Of a stretch of 64,000 nt of DNA, positions 54,469 through 64,000 are shown one piece after another. The stretch's first letter is position 1. Each line of letters opens with the position of its first letter. The notes under the pieces are model-generated. The model was not told the DNA's origin. It was given only the letters and a program-made list of their open reading frames with translations, and did not search any database. The translations under genes were made by a program, and so were the position numbers. The stretch comes from Bacteroidota bacterium (lineage in GTDB: Bacteria > Bacteroidota > Bacteroidia > Bacteroidales > SKPS01), in contig JAKLII010000003.1 in assembly GCA_022709695.1 (NCBI GenBank), positions 80,124-144,123 of the forward strand, given 5' to 3'.

Positions 54469-56208
54469 ATGAACATGTGTGCAGGAAAAAGGCTTCCATG
54501 GGTCCCCGGGTTAACCGCACTGGTGGTACTGGCTGTTTGGCTGGGAGTTCTTTCGGGATGCACAGCGATAGGTAAATCCGGACGTGCAACTTCAGGAAAA
54601 ACGGACAGCCTGACGAAAGAGTCCGTGATGGTTTCGGAAAAATTCCTGGAAGCCAGCAAGGAAAAGATACTGGGGAATTTTGAAACTTCACGCAAGCTGC
54701 TGGAAGAGTGCCTGAAGCTCGATCCTGAACACCATCCCTCCTGTTACCAGCTGGCCGATATCGGGCATATTACGGGCAACTACAATTCTGCCCTGGTTTG
54801 GGCTGAGAAGGCTGTAAAGCTGGATCCCGGCAACGGATGGTACAAGGTATTACAGGCCGATCTGCTGATGAAACTAGAAAGGTATGCAGAGGCTGTTGTG
54901 GTATTTAAAGAGCTGAACAGGATCTGGCCCCGGAAAAGGATCTGGTATGAGGGTCTTGCCAAAGCGCAGTTATTGGCAGGGAAGCCTTTGGAATCGGTAA
55001 AAACCTATGATCGGATCCTTTCGGAATTTGGTTTTGATGAGGAGATATTTTTCAAGATGACCGGTTTATTGGAAATGTCCGGAAAACAATCGAAAGTGGA
55101 AGAAAAACTCCGGCAACTGGTCAGGGAAAATCCGTACAATACGGATTACCTGAGGAATCTGGCCGCTATGTACGTGCGATATGGGAAAGAGGATAAAGCC
55201 ATGCCCCTGTGGCGTGAAATCCTCAGAATAGACCCCGGCAACGGTGAGGTGCATTTTGAGATGGCCGGATATTTCCGGCGCAAAGGGGATGATGCACAGG
55301 CCTATCAGGAGCTGCTGCAGGCATTCTCAACCCCCAATCTCAGCATCGATGCCAAAATTGTGGTGCTGCTGTCGTATTACAATCTCACGGAGCAATTTCC
55401 CGCCCTTCTGCCGCAGGCCTACAGCCTTCTTGATTTAACGGTAAAACACCATCCTGATAATCCCAAGGGTTGGTCGATGTATGCCGATTTTCTGGTGCGG
55501 GAGCAACGGTATCGCGAAGCGCTGGATCTCTTTAAAAAGGTGACGGAACTTGACAGTACCCGCTACCTGGTGTGGGAACAGTTGCTGATGTGTGCCAATG
55601 CGCTGAACGACTTTACGGTATTGTCTGAGGAAGGGATCAGGGGAACAGAACAGTTCCCTGACCAGGCGATGTTATACCTGTATTATGGCAAAGGATTGCT
55701 CTATAAAGGCCGGATTGATGAAGCCCGAAAAACCCTGTCCAGAGGATATCTCTTTACAGGATTCAACGATACCCTTTCGCAACGGTTTTTACAGGCCATG
55801 GCCAATGCTGCTTTATATGCACTGGATTTCAGTAAGGGTGATGAATACTTTTCCAAAGGAATGGGAAAAGGGAATGTCACCTCCTGGTTTCTTTGCGATT
55901 ACATGCGTTTTATGGTACTCAGCGGCAGAAAGGAGAAGATGCAGGCTGTTATGGATAGAGCTGCCTCCCAACCGGAAACAGACCCGTGGAAACAGTTGCT
56001 GCTTCTCTGGCATCAGGCCGGTTCGGGCAATACAACCGCAGTCAAAGGGGGCATTGAAACGCTGATGAATACCTTTGGCCACCTTTTTTACGTTATGGAA
56101 TCGGCCGGTCACCTGTGCCAAATGGCAGGCCTAACAGAGATGGCAGAGGCTTGCCGCCGGAAAGCACTGGCAGCATCAAACGGAGCAAAGCTTCCTGAAA
56201 AACCCTGA
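54469..56208 (+). CDS. TPR-repeat lipoprotein
   Basis: Lipobox LSGC, then repeated TPR-like helices throughout the 579 aa. Confidence 0.75.
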   Translation: MNMCAGKRLPWVPGLTALVVLAVWLGVLSGCTAIGKSGRATSGKTDSLTKESVMVSEKFLEASKEKILGNFETSRKLLEECLKLDPEHHPSCYQLADIGHITGNYNSALVWAEKAVKLDPGNGWYKVLQADLLMKLERYAEAVVVFKELNRIWPRKRIWYEGLAKAQLLAGKPLESVKTYDRILSEFGFDEEIFFKMTGLLEMSGKQSKVEEKLRQLVRENPYNTDYLRNLAAMYVRYGKEDKAMPLWREILRIDPGNGEVHFEMAGYFRRKGDDAQAYQELLQAFSTPNLSIDAKIVVLLSYYNLTEQFPALLPQAYSLLDLTVKHHPDNPKGWSMYADFLVREQRYREALDLFKKVTELDSTRYLVWEQLLMCANALNDFTVLSEEGIRGTEQFPDQAMLYLYYGKGLLYKGRIDEARKTLSRGYLFTGFNDTLSQRFLQAMANAALYALDFSKGDEYFSKGMGKGNVTSWFLCDYMRFMVLSGRKEKMQAVMDRAASQPETDPWKQLLLLWHQAGSGNTTAVKGGIETLMNTFGHLFYVMESAGHLCQMAGLTEMAEACRRKALAASNGAKLPEKP

Positions 56209-56210
56209 TC

Positions 56211-57041
56211 ATGAAAAGAACAATCCATACCCTGTTTGTGCTGTTGGTGATGGCTGCTGTTTTATCCGGTTGTGGGCTGTTGAAAAAGCAACCTTTACAA
56301 AATGAACAGGTTATAAGAGCTGATAACCCGGAACAGATAGCCCGTAACGGAGGAATCGCTGCAGATTTTCATCATCTCACATTCAGTGCAACTTTTACCC
56401 TGACTGCAAAAGGGACAGAAACCACCCTCGACGGGGAGGTCAGGATAGTGCACGACTCCCTGATCTGGATCTCGATGCGCAAATTCGGACTGGAAGTGGC
56501 AAGAATGATGCTGTCGAAGGATTCGGTATGGATGCTTGACCGGATCAACAGCCGCTATTTTGCCGGCGATTACCGTTTTTTTCTGAGCCAGTACCGTCAG
56601 GAGGCCGACTTCAATATGGTGGAGGCACTATTGCTGGCAAACCCTTTTAAAAACTGGTCGGACAATCTGGTTTTTGAAGGATGCAGCGATAACCGTTGCC
56701 GGATTGTGTACAGCGGCAGGTACCGGATCAACCAGGGTATTCCGGGCAAATCGCTCCCCGAAGGTTCCGGTGTGATGGACCAGGTGGTGGTGCTGTCGGA
56801 AGCGACAGGCCGGATTCTGGAGAACTCCCTCTCGGTTCCTGACCAGCAGCGACAACTTTCAGTGGTATACACCGGATGGACAAAGCTCGATGGGCAGCTG
56901 TTTCCTGAAAATGCTGCCCTCACCGTTCAGGACCAGTCAAATACTACGCTGTTGAAAATCGGCAGCAGTGATTTTTCCTCAGCGAACATCCTTACGTTTC
57001 CTTTTAAAATTCCACCTGCATACAAACCGATGATGCAGTGA
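56211..57041 (+). CDS. DUF4292-like lipoprotein (LolA-like fold family)
   Basis: Lipobox LSGC. The size and its position between the TPR and M23 genes match a conserved Bacteroidota trio as I recall it; unverified. Confidence 0.65.
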   Translation: MKRTIHTLFVLLVMAAVLSGCGLLKKQPLQNEQVIRADNPEQIARNGGIAADFHHLTFSATFTLTAKGTETTLDGEVRIVHDSLIWISMRKFGLEVARMMLSKDSVWMLDRINSRYFAGDYRFFLSQYRQEADFNMVEALLLANPFKNWSDNLVFEGCSDNRCRIVYSGRYRINQGIPGKSLPEGSGVMDQVVVLSEATGRILENSLSVPDQQRQLSVVYTGWTKLDGQLFPENAALTVQDQSNTTLLKIGSSDFSSANILTFPFKIPPAYKPMMQ

Positions 57042-57061
57042 TCCATAACGGCAGTTCCCTG

Positions 57062-58288
57062 ATGAAAAAACGGAAACCCTATCTGATGTATGCCGCAGTT
57101 TTGCTGCTGGTGCTTGCAGTGATTGCGAACGGATGGTCAGCCTTTGGTCAGAAATCAGCCGACAAAAAAGCCCTGGAGGAGCAGCAGAAAAAACTGAAGC
57201 AGCAGATTGCCTACAACCAGAAACTGCTCGATGAAGCGCGGAAAAACAAAAAGAGCTCCCTGGCTGAGATCAACCTCCTGAATGCCCAGATAAAGAAGCG
57301 CACCGCGCTGTTGCGCACCATAGAATCGGAGATGGGCTACCTGTCGCAGCAGCTAGAACTCCATACCCGCACCGTGGAGCAACTCACCCTGGAGATCAAC
57401 AGGCTGAAGACATCTTACAGCAAAGCCATCCTGCTGTCCTATAAGATGAGGGAATCGGACGACAGGATACTCTATATTCTGGCATCGGAAAACCTGAACC
57501 AGGCCTGGAAGCGCATGCGGTTTTTGCAGCGCATCGCCAGTGGCCGCAAGGATCTGTTTGTGCAGCTGAATACTTCCCTTGAAAAACAGATCCTTACCGG
57601 CAGAATGATTCGCAATCAATTGAATGAGAAGCAGATGCTTAAGGATCACAAGGAACGGGAAAGTCTGGGACTGACTGTAGAAAAGGAGAAAAAGAACCAG
57701 GCACTTTCGCGTATCCAGAAGCAGGAGCACCAGATTGTGGCGGAGATTAACCGGCAGAAGAAGGAGGCAGCTGCACTGGATGCCCGCATCAGTCAGATCA
57801 TCCAGCAGGAGATCAGCAAATCGGCCACCAAGAAAACCGAAACCACCCCCAAAGCCAAAGAAGCAGTGGTAGTGGATACCAGGCTCAGTGGCAGTTTTGC
57901 CTCCAATAAGGGTAAGCTTCCGTGGCCGGTTGAAAAGGGGACCATTTCCGGCACCTTCGGCACCCATAAACATCCTGATTTCGATGTATACACCGAAAAC
58001 AACGGCATCGATTTTTTAACCAATGCCGGAAGCCAGGCCCGGGCAGTGTTCGAAGGGGAGGTGAGCGAAGTGATCCAGCTTCCTTCCTATTATGCCGTTT
58101 TGATCAGGCATGGTGAATATTTCACCCTTTATTCAAAATTGCAGTCGGTGTTTGTGAGGAAAGGGGAGAAGGTGGAGACGGGTCATCTGATCGGACTGAT
58201 CAGAACCGGGGAGGCAGGCACCGAATTCCATTTTGAAATCTGGCAGGGGCGCACCAAACAGAATCCACAGGCCTGGCTACGCCGCTGA
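57062..58288 (+). CDS. EnvC-like murein hydrolase activator / M23 peptidase-domain protein
   Basis: Signal peptide MKKRKPYLMYAAVLLLVLAV, a coiled-coil of about 250 aa and a C-terminal LytM/M23 domain (GIDF...HFEIW). A GTG alternative start exists at 57038. Confidence 0.85.
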   Translation: MKKRKPYLMYAAVLLLVLAVIANGWSAFGQKSADKKALEEQQKKLKQQIAYNQKLLDEARKNKKSSLAEINLLNAQIKKRTALLRTIESEMGYLSQQLELHTRTVEQLTLEINRLKTSYSKAILLSYKMRESDDRILYILASENLNQAWKRMRFLQRIASGRKDLFVQLNTSLEKQILTGRMIRNQLNEKQMLKDHKERESLGLTVEKEKKNQALSRIQKQEHQIVAEINRQKKEAAALDARISQIIQQEISKSATKKTETTPKAKEAVVVDTRLSGSFASNKGKLPWPVEKGTISGTFGTHKHPDFDVYTENNGIDFLTNAGSQARAVFEGEVSEVIQLPSYYAVLIRHGEYFTLYSKLQSVFVRKGEKVETGHLIGLIRTGEAGTEFHFEIWQGRTKQNPQAWLRR

Positions 58289-58355
58289 CAATCCATCAGG
58301 AAAGGGTTTTCTTTTCGGAGGAAGCCAGCCACAAGGTGTAGTGTCTTATCTATTC

Positions 58356-61300
58356 CTATGTACCGGAACTGTCTGAAGGCCGGTTTTCAATCGCAGGATC
58401 CTCATTTGTAACATTTTGCATAGCAACCTGTTTCTGATGATGCCGTATGCCAAATCCTGCAAAGAGGATCAGAAAAAACAATGCAGCCACTCCGATATAA
58501 ACTCCTGCCGGCACAGGGGGGGCATCGCCAGCAGCGTAGGAGTGGAGCCCTGAGAGGTAGTAATTCACGCCGAAATAGGTCATCAGAACCGAACCGAAAC
58601 CCACAAGGGCGGCTGCGTTGAAGGTAAATATGCCTTCAAGCCCCCTGATGCGGTGCATGTGGGTGATGAAGGCATATACGAGTATGGTTACCAGCGCCCA
58701 GGTCTCCTTCGGGTCCCAGCCCCAGTAGCGCCCCCACGATTCATTGGCCCAAACCCCTCCCAGGAACGATCCGATCGTGAGGAGATAAAGGCCGAGGATC
58801 AGAGCCATGTGTATGATGGTGGTGAGTTCGGAGATTGCATGCGATACAGAATCCTTATTTTTGGGACTGCGGAGGATCATCAGCACCAGGTTCACCAGGG
58901 CCATGAGAGCGCCAACCCCCAGAAAGCCGTAACTGGCAGTGATGACGGCCACATGGATGATAAGCCAGTACGATTTAAGTACCGGCACAAGGTTGGTGAG
59001 TTCAGGGTTCATCCAGCTCATCCCTGCCACCATCAGTGAGAGGGAAGCAAGAAGCGTTGTGATGGACAATGCAAGAGGACTGCGGCGGGCAAACAGCAGC
59101 CCGATGAAACAGGAGATCCAGCTGATGTACAGCAGGGTCTCATAGCCATTGCTCCACGGGGCATGCCCCGAAATATACCATCGCACAGCCAGTGCTGAGG
59201 AATGCAACAGGAACAGTGCAAACACCATCCAGAACCCGGATCGGTTGATCAGACTGCTTTTTCCGGTGGGTTTCAGCAAAAAACGAATCTGCAGTATCAG
59301 CAGCAACAGCCCCAGCAGGCCATACACCCCGGCCAGTTTTCCATACAGGTTGAAATTCACGTACAATACCTCCAGCCTGGTTTTGAGTAACGGGGGATAC
59401 ACTGCGGCCCCCTCCTTCTTCTGATACACCACGATCTCTGCCAGAGCCGAATCGGCCTTCTCATACCGGCCGGATTGCACCCCTTCCTGCAGGGCAGTCA
59501 CATAATTGCGCATGGCAGTGGTGGCAAAAACCGCCAGATTCCTGTCGGGGTGGGAATGCGCTTCCGAAAAACTCACCCATTTATGGGTAGAATCATCCGG
59601 AACAGGGAAGATGGCCAGATAGCCCGTTTGTATCATTTTATACAAAACATTTATCCTTTCATCTACATTTATTATTTCTTTATCGAATTTTGATCGTTGT
59701 CCCGGTTCCCTGGCATACGCTTGCTGCACCGCATTGCTCAGTTTATATCCATTGGGCTGCCCGGGGTCCAAAAGATCGGTAAAGGAGGCGTATTCGCCCT
59801 GAATGCCAAGCATACGAGCGATCTCTCCGTTGCCCACTTTAATGATGGGCTCCGATTGCCAGGCTTCGGGGTCTGCGAGCATGGAGAGCATCACCTGTAA
59901 CGGTGTCTGGCCGTTGTATCTGTTCTGTTTTGATATTTTCCGCAGCAATTCCGAGGCAAGGGTATTGGCTGGTTCGATCCGGCCGTCTATATTTTGTACC
60001 TGAAGCAGCCCAAAGGTTTTCGCGTGTGCCGGGTCCACCACTGCTGGTTTCAGCGTATCATTGGAGAATGCAACCAATGGCAGAAGCATTAACACCACGA
60101 GAGCAACTGTAAGGGGGGCTTTCCCCTTCATTTTGCTGAGACTTGCGGCGAGGCGGCGGAATCTGGATTGGCGGGAAAAGAGTAAGAAGATCATCCCTAA
60201 GGTCATCAGGAGGTACCCGGTATAGGTAACCGCTGTACCCGGTGCATCGTAATTTACGGAAAGAACGGTTCCTTTCTCGTCGGGATCATAGCTCGACTGG
60301 AAAAAACGGTACCCACCGTATTTCAGAATGTTGTTCATAAAGATCCTGTAAGGTTTTTCGAGGTTTTTGGCCGTGTCGATCAGGATCACTTCACTGGCAA
60401 ATGAGCTGGGGCTTTGTGATCCCGGGTAGCGTTCGATCTGAAAATCCCTGAGGTACAGCGCAAACGGAAGGGGATGTACCAGGGATCCGTATTGAAGGGT
60501 TACCGTGGCATCGCCGAACCGGAGGATTTCAGGATCTCCGGGGGTTCCGGCTTTTCCGGAAAGCACCACCTCACGGGTTTCGGAGCCATCCGTAACAGAG
60601 AATTTGACCCTTTCATCCGATTGCCCCTGTTTGGCCATGGGATCGCTGCCCCATTCCATCCGGGCAGACGGGAGGAACTGTTTAAGCACGAAACCCAGAT
60701 CCCCTGCCTGGTATATGGCCTGGCTTAGAAGTGGATAGGACGAACCCGGCGGAAGGGAAGAGGAGGAATCCGCCCCCATCAGCATGGTAAAGAGGGTGTC
60801 TGATGATTGCATCATCATGGTATCCCCTGAAGCATACAAAATGATATCAGTACTGTCAGCGTTTTCATGGCCGAACCTGAACGTCAGGCTTCCGAACTTC
60901 TTCTCCTGACCCTTCTTCAGGAGCACATCGTGCGGTTGGTTGTTCCGGTCTACCACCAAAAGGGAGAGCATCGGAACCCCATTTGGCGTTTCAACGGGTA
61001 CCTGAATGGCATTTGGGATGGTGCCGATGTACTTCACCGTGAAGGTTTTATCAGCGATGTGCATCTTTTCCGTGAACCCTTTGCGGCTCCCCGGAAGCAA
61101 CGAAAGAGGATGGTTAACAACGGTTTTCTCTCCCTGGTATTCCGCTTCCATCCGAAGGAATACCGAACGGGAAATGAGCTGGTTACTCGCTTCCCCTTCG
61201 CGGATCCGCAGGGTACCTTCGAAGCTGTAATAGCGGGTGACGGCTGCCCCGGCCAGAATCAGCAGAAATGCAAAATGGAAAAATCCCACCGGCCATTTGG

Positions 61301-61517
61301 GTTTCGTCCACAATTTGTTCACCACCACACTTCCCAGCAAGTTCAGGGCCAGCACAAACAACAGGGCTTCGAACCACCAGGCGTTGTAAATCAGGGCTCT
61401 TGCAGCGGCTGTACCATGATCGTTTTCAACAAAGGTGGCAGTACCTATCACCACCGCAAATACGAGCAGGAGCATGCCTGTGGTGGCCATCGAAAAGAAA
61501 AAGCGGAATGATTTCAT
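58356..61517 (-). CDS. ccsA: Fused cytochrome c biogenesis protein CcsBA (ResB/Ccs1 plus CcsA, System II)
   Basis: 1053 aa. ResB-like N-terminal half. The C-terminal half carries the WWD heme-handling motif WGRYWGWDPKETW. Confidence 0.9.
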   Translation of the reverse strand: MKSFRFFFSMATTGMLLLVFAVVIGTATFVENDHGTAAARALIYNAWWFEALLFVLALNLLGSVVVNKLWTKPKWPVGFFHFAFLLILAGAAVTRYYSFEGTLRIREGEASNQLISRSVFLRMEAEYQGEKTVVNHPLSLLPGSRKGFTEKMHIADKTFTVKYIGTIPNAIQVPVETPNGVPMLSLLVVDRNNQPHDVLLKKGQEKKFGSLTFRFGHENADSTDIILYASGDTMMMQSSDTLFTMLMGADSSSSLPPGSSYPLLSQAIYQAGDLGFVLKQFLPSARMEWGSDPMAKQGQSDERVKFSVTDGSETREVVLSGKAGTPGDPEILRFGDATVTLQYGSLVHPLPFALYLRDFQIERYPGSQSPSSFASEVILIDTAKNLEKPYRIFMNNILKYGGYRFFQSSYDPDEKGTVLSVNYDAPGTAVTYTGYLLMTLGMIFLLFSRQSRFRRLAASLSKMKGKAPLTVALVVLMLLPLVAFSNDTLKPAVVDPAHAKTFGLLQVQNIDGRIEPANTLASELLRKISKQNRYNGQTPLQVMLSMLADPEAWQSEPIIKVGNGEIARMLGIQGEYASFTDLLDPGQPNGYKLSNAVQQAYAREPGQRSKFDKEIINVDERINVLYKMIQTGYLAIFPVPDDSTHKWVSFSEAHSHPDRNLAVFATTAMRNYVTALQEGVQSGRYEKADSALAEIVVYQKKEGAAVYPPLLKTRLEVLYVNFNLYGKLAGVYGLLGLLLLILQIRFLLKPTGKSSLINRSGFWMVFALFLLHSSALAVRWYISGHAPWSNGYETLLYISWISCFIGLLFARRSPLALSITTLLASLSLMVAGMSWMNPELTNLVPVLKSYWLIIHVAVITASYGFLGVGALMALVNLVLMILRSPKNKDSVSHAISELTTIIHMALILGLYLLTIGSFLGGVWANESWGRYWGWDPKETWALVTILVYAFITHMHRIRGLEGIFTFNAAALVGFGSVLMTYFGVNYYLSGLHSYAAGDAPPVPAGVYIGVAALFFLILFAGFGIRHHQKQVAMQNVTNEDPAIENRPSDSSGT

Positions 61518-61546
61518 CAGAGATGGGATTAGTCGTAAAGGGCAAA

Positions 61547-61554
61547 CAAAAATA
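61547..61554 (-). promoter_or_regulatory. Bacteroidota -7 promoter box (TATTTTTG) for ccsBA
   Basis: Exact TAnnTTTG match 29 nt upstream of ATG 61517. Confidence 0.4.
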
Positions 61555-61567
61555 GGGATTGAAAGTT

Positions 61568-63052
61568 TCAGAACACCACCCTTCCCCAGAAGTACATCAT
61601 CAGGGTGATGATGACGGCACCGGCCAGATTCAGGATGAGCCCTGTACGTGCCATTTGCCCCATGGTGATGCGGTTGCTGCCAAACACAATGGCATTCGGG
61701 GGTGTGGCAACGGGCAGCATAAAGGCCATCGAAGCCGACAGGGTGGCGGGGATCATGAGCAGGAGCGGATCGATCCCCGACGAGATGGAAATCCCTGCCA
61801 GGATCGGAAGCACCATTTCAGTTGTGGCGGTGTTGGAGGTGAGTTCAGTAAGGAATGTGATGAGCAGACTGACGGAAAGAATTATCCAGAGAGGATGCAG
61901 GGAAGTAACTCCCAGCAGTTGTTCACCAAACCAAACAGAGAGGCCCGATTCCTTGATTCCCAGGGCCAGGGCAAAACCTCCTCCGAAGAGCAGGAGGATA
62001 TCCCACGGGAGCGAAGAGGCGGTTTTCCAGTCGAGGAGAGGGGTGTGGTGCTCCTTTCGGGCAGGGATGATAAACAGCAGGATGGCCATGGCAATGGCTG
62101 CTGTTCCGTCGTTGAGAAAGGAGGAGTTTTTAAAGAGGCTTCCCCATCCTTTCAGGGTATAGGTTCCCAGGTTGAGGTCGGCACGCAGCAGCCATAACAG
62201 GGCCAGCAGAAAAAAGATTATTCCAACCAGTTTTTCCTCGTAGGTAGTTTTTCCAAGTTTATGTATCTGCTTTATAATCAGCTCTCTGCGGATCTGAATC
62301 CACTCCTCTTTCCGGGGTCTGAAGTATACGTACAGCACACCCCAGGCAGTGGCCAGCAGCAATACTGCCACCGGCAGGGCGAACAGCATCCACTGTGAAA
62401 AGGAGACCTCCGGGGAGTCAGGGAAATAGATATGGTAAATCCTGATAAAAGAGAGATTGGGAGGTGTTCCTACCAGGGTGGCAATGCCTCCGATGGAAGC
62501 ACTGTAGGCAATCCCCAGCAACACCCCTGTGCTGAACCGGGCGGTGCTTCGCTCTGTCATCAGCAGCTCCAGTTGTTTTATGATGGACATGGCAATCGGC
62601 AGCATCATCATGGCGGTGGCGGTGTTGGAGATCCACATCGACAGGAACGCCGATGCCAGCATAAAACCCAGCAGTATCCGGCCGGGGCTTACCCCGGTGA
62701 AAGCCAGGATATGCAGCGCAATACGCCGGTGCAGGTTCCAGCGTTGCATGGCAAGGGCTACCAGGAATCCACCCATAAACAGGAAGATGACATCATTGAA
62801 GTAGGCAGATGCCACGTCCCTGCCGTCGAGAACACCCATCAGCGGGAATAGCGCTACCGGAAGCAGGGAGGTAACGGCCAGGGGCACCACTCCGGTAATC
62901 CACCATACCGCCATCAGCGTCATGATGCAAAAGGTCCGTGTAACCGACGGATTATGATCATCCAGAGGAAAGAACAAAAGAATGACCAGCAAGATAACCG
63001 GTGTGATGATAAACGAAAAGGTCCTGATGAAATTCCGTTTCTTTTCTGACAT
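61568..63052 (-). CDS. SLC13/DASS family anion:sodium symporter
   Basis: 494 aa, polytopic, with two repeated SNTAT(A/T) hairpin motifs (WISNTATAMMM, LTSNTATTEM). Confidence 0.88.
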   Translation of the reverse strand: MSEKKRNFIRTFSFIITPVILLVILLFFPLDDHNPSVTRTFCIMTLMAVWWITGVVPLAVTSLLPVALFPLMGVLDGRDVASAYFNDVIFLFMGGFLVALAMQRWNLHRRIALHILAFTGVSPGRILLGFMLASAFLSMWISNTATAMMMLPIAMSIIKQLELLMTERSTARFSTGVLLGIAYSASIGGIATLVGTPPNLSFIRIYHIYFPDSPEVSFSQWMLFALPVAVLLLATAWGVLYVYFRPRKEEWIQIRRELIIKQIHKLGKTTYEEKLVGIIFFLLALLWLLRADLNLGTYTLKGWGSLFKNSSFLNDGTAAIAMAILLFIIPARKEHHTPLLDWKTASSLPWDILLLFGGGFALALGIKESGLSVWFGEQLLGVTSLHPLWIILSVSLLITFLTELTSNTATTEMVLPILAGISISSGIDPLLLMIPATLSASMAFMLPVATPPNAIVFGSNRITMGQMARTGLILNLAGAVIITLMMYFWGRVVF

Positions 63053-63107
63053 GGCGTATGGGTCTTGCGGATAGAGTTACCTGAAGGACCTGCAGATAAA
63101 AAACGCT

Positions 63108-63893
63108 TTACCGGTTCAGGTTGCGCATCTTTTCAAGCAGGTAATATTTTTGATAAACTGCTGAGGCAGAAATGCATGCGATGGTAAATCCGGCTTTTCC
63201 ATCCAGGAATCCCCCTTTGAGCAGGTAATCCCTCAGGAAACGTACAACCGGACCGCCGAACTGCTTTGTCCGGTTTCCCTTTTTTCCGGCGGCAGCCATG
63301 GCTTCTGCATGCAGGGAGGCATAGTGGGCTGCGCGGTTCCTGTGTTCGGCGACGGTGTAGTAAGTGTAATGGAGCAGGTCGCCCTGCAGGAACACCACTT
63401 CGGGTTTGCTGCCGAATACCAGTTTTTCGTGCACTTTTCCTTCCCAGCGCGTAAAGTTACGGTGCCAGATGCGGATTTTGCGGTCGGGGTACCAGCCGCC
63501 GTGCCTGATCCACCTTCCGCAATAGCTGGCCAGCCGGTTGAAGGCATACACGCGGTTTTCGGGCCAGTCGGTTCCAAGCTGCTCTTCTATCGATTGCCTG
63601 AGCCGGGGCGACACAGCCTCATCGGCATCCAGGCTCAGGATCCAGGGGTATTTTGCCAGTGCGTTAGCAAAGTTCTTGGTAGCGGCATACCCTTCCCACC
63701 GGTGGGAGACCACCCGGGCTCCCCGTTCCATGCACAACTGCACCGTGGCATCTGTGGAACCCGAATCCACCACCACCACATCATCCGTCATCCCCTTTAC
63801 CGATTCGAGCAGACGCGGAATGTTATGCGCCTCGTTGAGGGTGATGATGACAATGGAGAGTTTTGGGGATTGTTTCACTGGGTAAATATACAA
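63108..63893 (-). CDS. Family 2 glycosyltransferase
   Basis: PKLSIVIITLNE...VVVDSGSTD...LSLDADE. The start is uncertain: TTG 63893 or GTG 63878. Confidence 0.85.
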   Translation of the reverse strand: MYIYPVKQSPKLSIVIITLNEAHNIPRLLESVKGMTDDVVVVDSGSTDATVQLCMERGARVVSHRWEGYAATKNFANALAKYPWILSLDADEAVSPRLRQSIEEQLGTDWPENRVYAFNRLASYCGRWIRHGGWYPDRKIRIWHRNFTRWEGKVHEKLVFGSKPEVVFLQGDLLHYTYYTVAEHRNRAAHYASLHAEAMAAAGKKGNRTKQFGGPVVRFLRDYLLKGGFLDGKAGFTIACISASAVYQKYYLLEKMRNLNR

Positions 63894-63911
63894 TCTTCTT
63901 TCACCCCATGC

Positions 63912-64000
63912 CTATTCTTTATAATACAGCATCGTAAGGGCTTCGTTCAGTTTGATCACGGCCTTTTCGTACTTCTTTTCGTCTTTGAACAGGGTTTTAT
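63912..64000 (-). CDS. 3' end of an unidentified CDS running off the window
   Basis: Open frame ...KTLFKDEKKYEKAVIKLNEALTMLYYKE* with TAG at 63914-63912. Too short to assign. Confidence 0.4.
   Translation of the reverse strand, partial: KTLFKDEKKYEKAVIKLNEALTMLYYKE

Noticed and set aside
61559-62197. 212-aa and 185-aa plus-strand ORFs antisense to the DASS transporter gene
   Set aside because: They are shadow ORFs. The minus-strand product has clear transporter motifs and TM periodicity.
1-64000. CRISPR arrays, IS elements, integrases, prophage genes and known defence-system signatures
   Set aside because: I saw no regularly spaced 25-40-bp direct repeats, no transposase-, recombinase- or phage-like ORFs, and no nuclease/ATPase gene pairs typical of defence islands in any of the six frames.

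Overview
The window reads as a chromosomal segment from a gliding, T9SS-proficient member of Bacteroidota. Support for this: T9SS C-terminal sorting domains, gldD/gldE, a PorZ-like propeller protein, exact TAnnTTTG -7 promoter boxes, and almost no Shine-Dalgarno sequences. Most of it is conserved housekeeping: rnr, rpiB, nadA, recO, glnA, yicC-gmk-nadD, tRNA-Gln followed by rimP-nusA-infB, ssb-gldE-gldD, pyrC, queD, ybeY-mnmG, dut, an EnvC-like M23 cluster and fused ccsBA. I found no CRISPR array, transposase, integrase, rRNA or recognisable defence system. The less ordinary content is listed here. (1) At 551-8337, a minus-strand cluster holds an ECF sigma factor, an anti-sigma-like protein fused to a predicted outer-membrane beta-barrel, and three paralogous T9SS cargo proteins, one of which has a stop at codon 2. 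(2) At 10747-11301, a 555-bp AT-rich cassette carries a four-helix-bundle (23S rRNA IVS / Avd-like) gene. It is bounded by inverted tandem 14-15-mers that supply the stop codons of both neighbouring genes. (3) Gene-less stretches are built from short word repeats, including an 86-bp dyad of CGCWG units phased at 10-11 bp. (4) At 40381-44248, a giant membrane-anchored coiled-coil protein appears translationally coupled to an RsbW-like kinase. All product calls come from reading the supplied translations. No database search was possible, and the start-codon choices are judgement calls.
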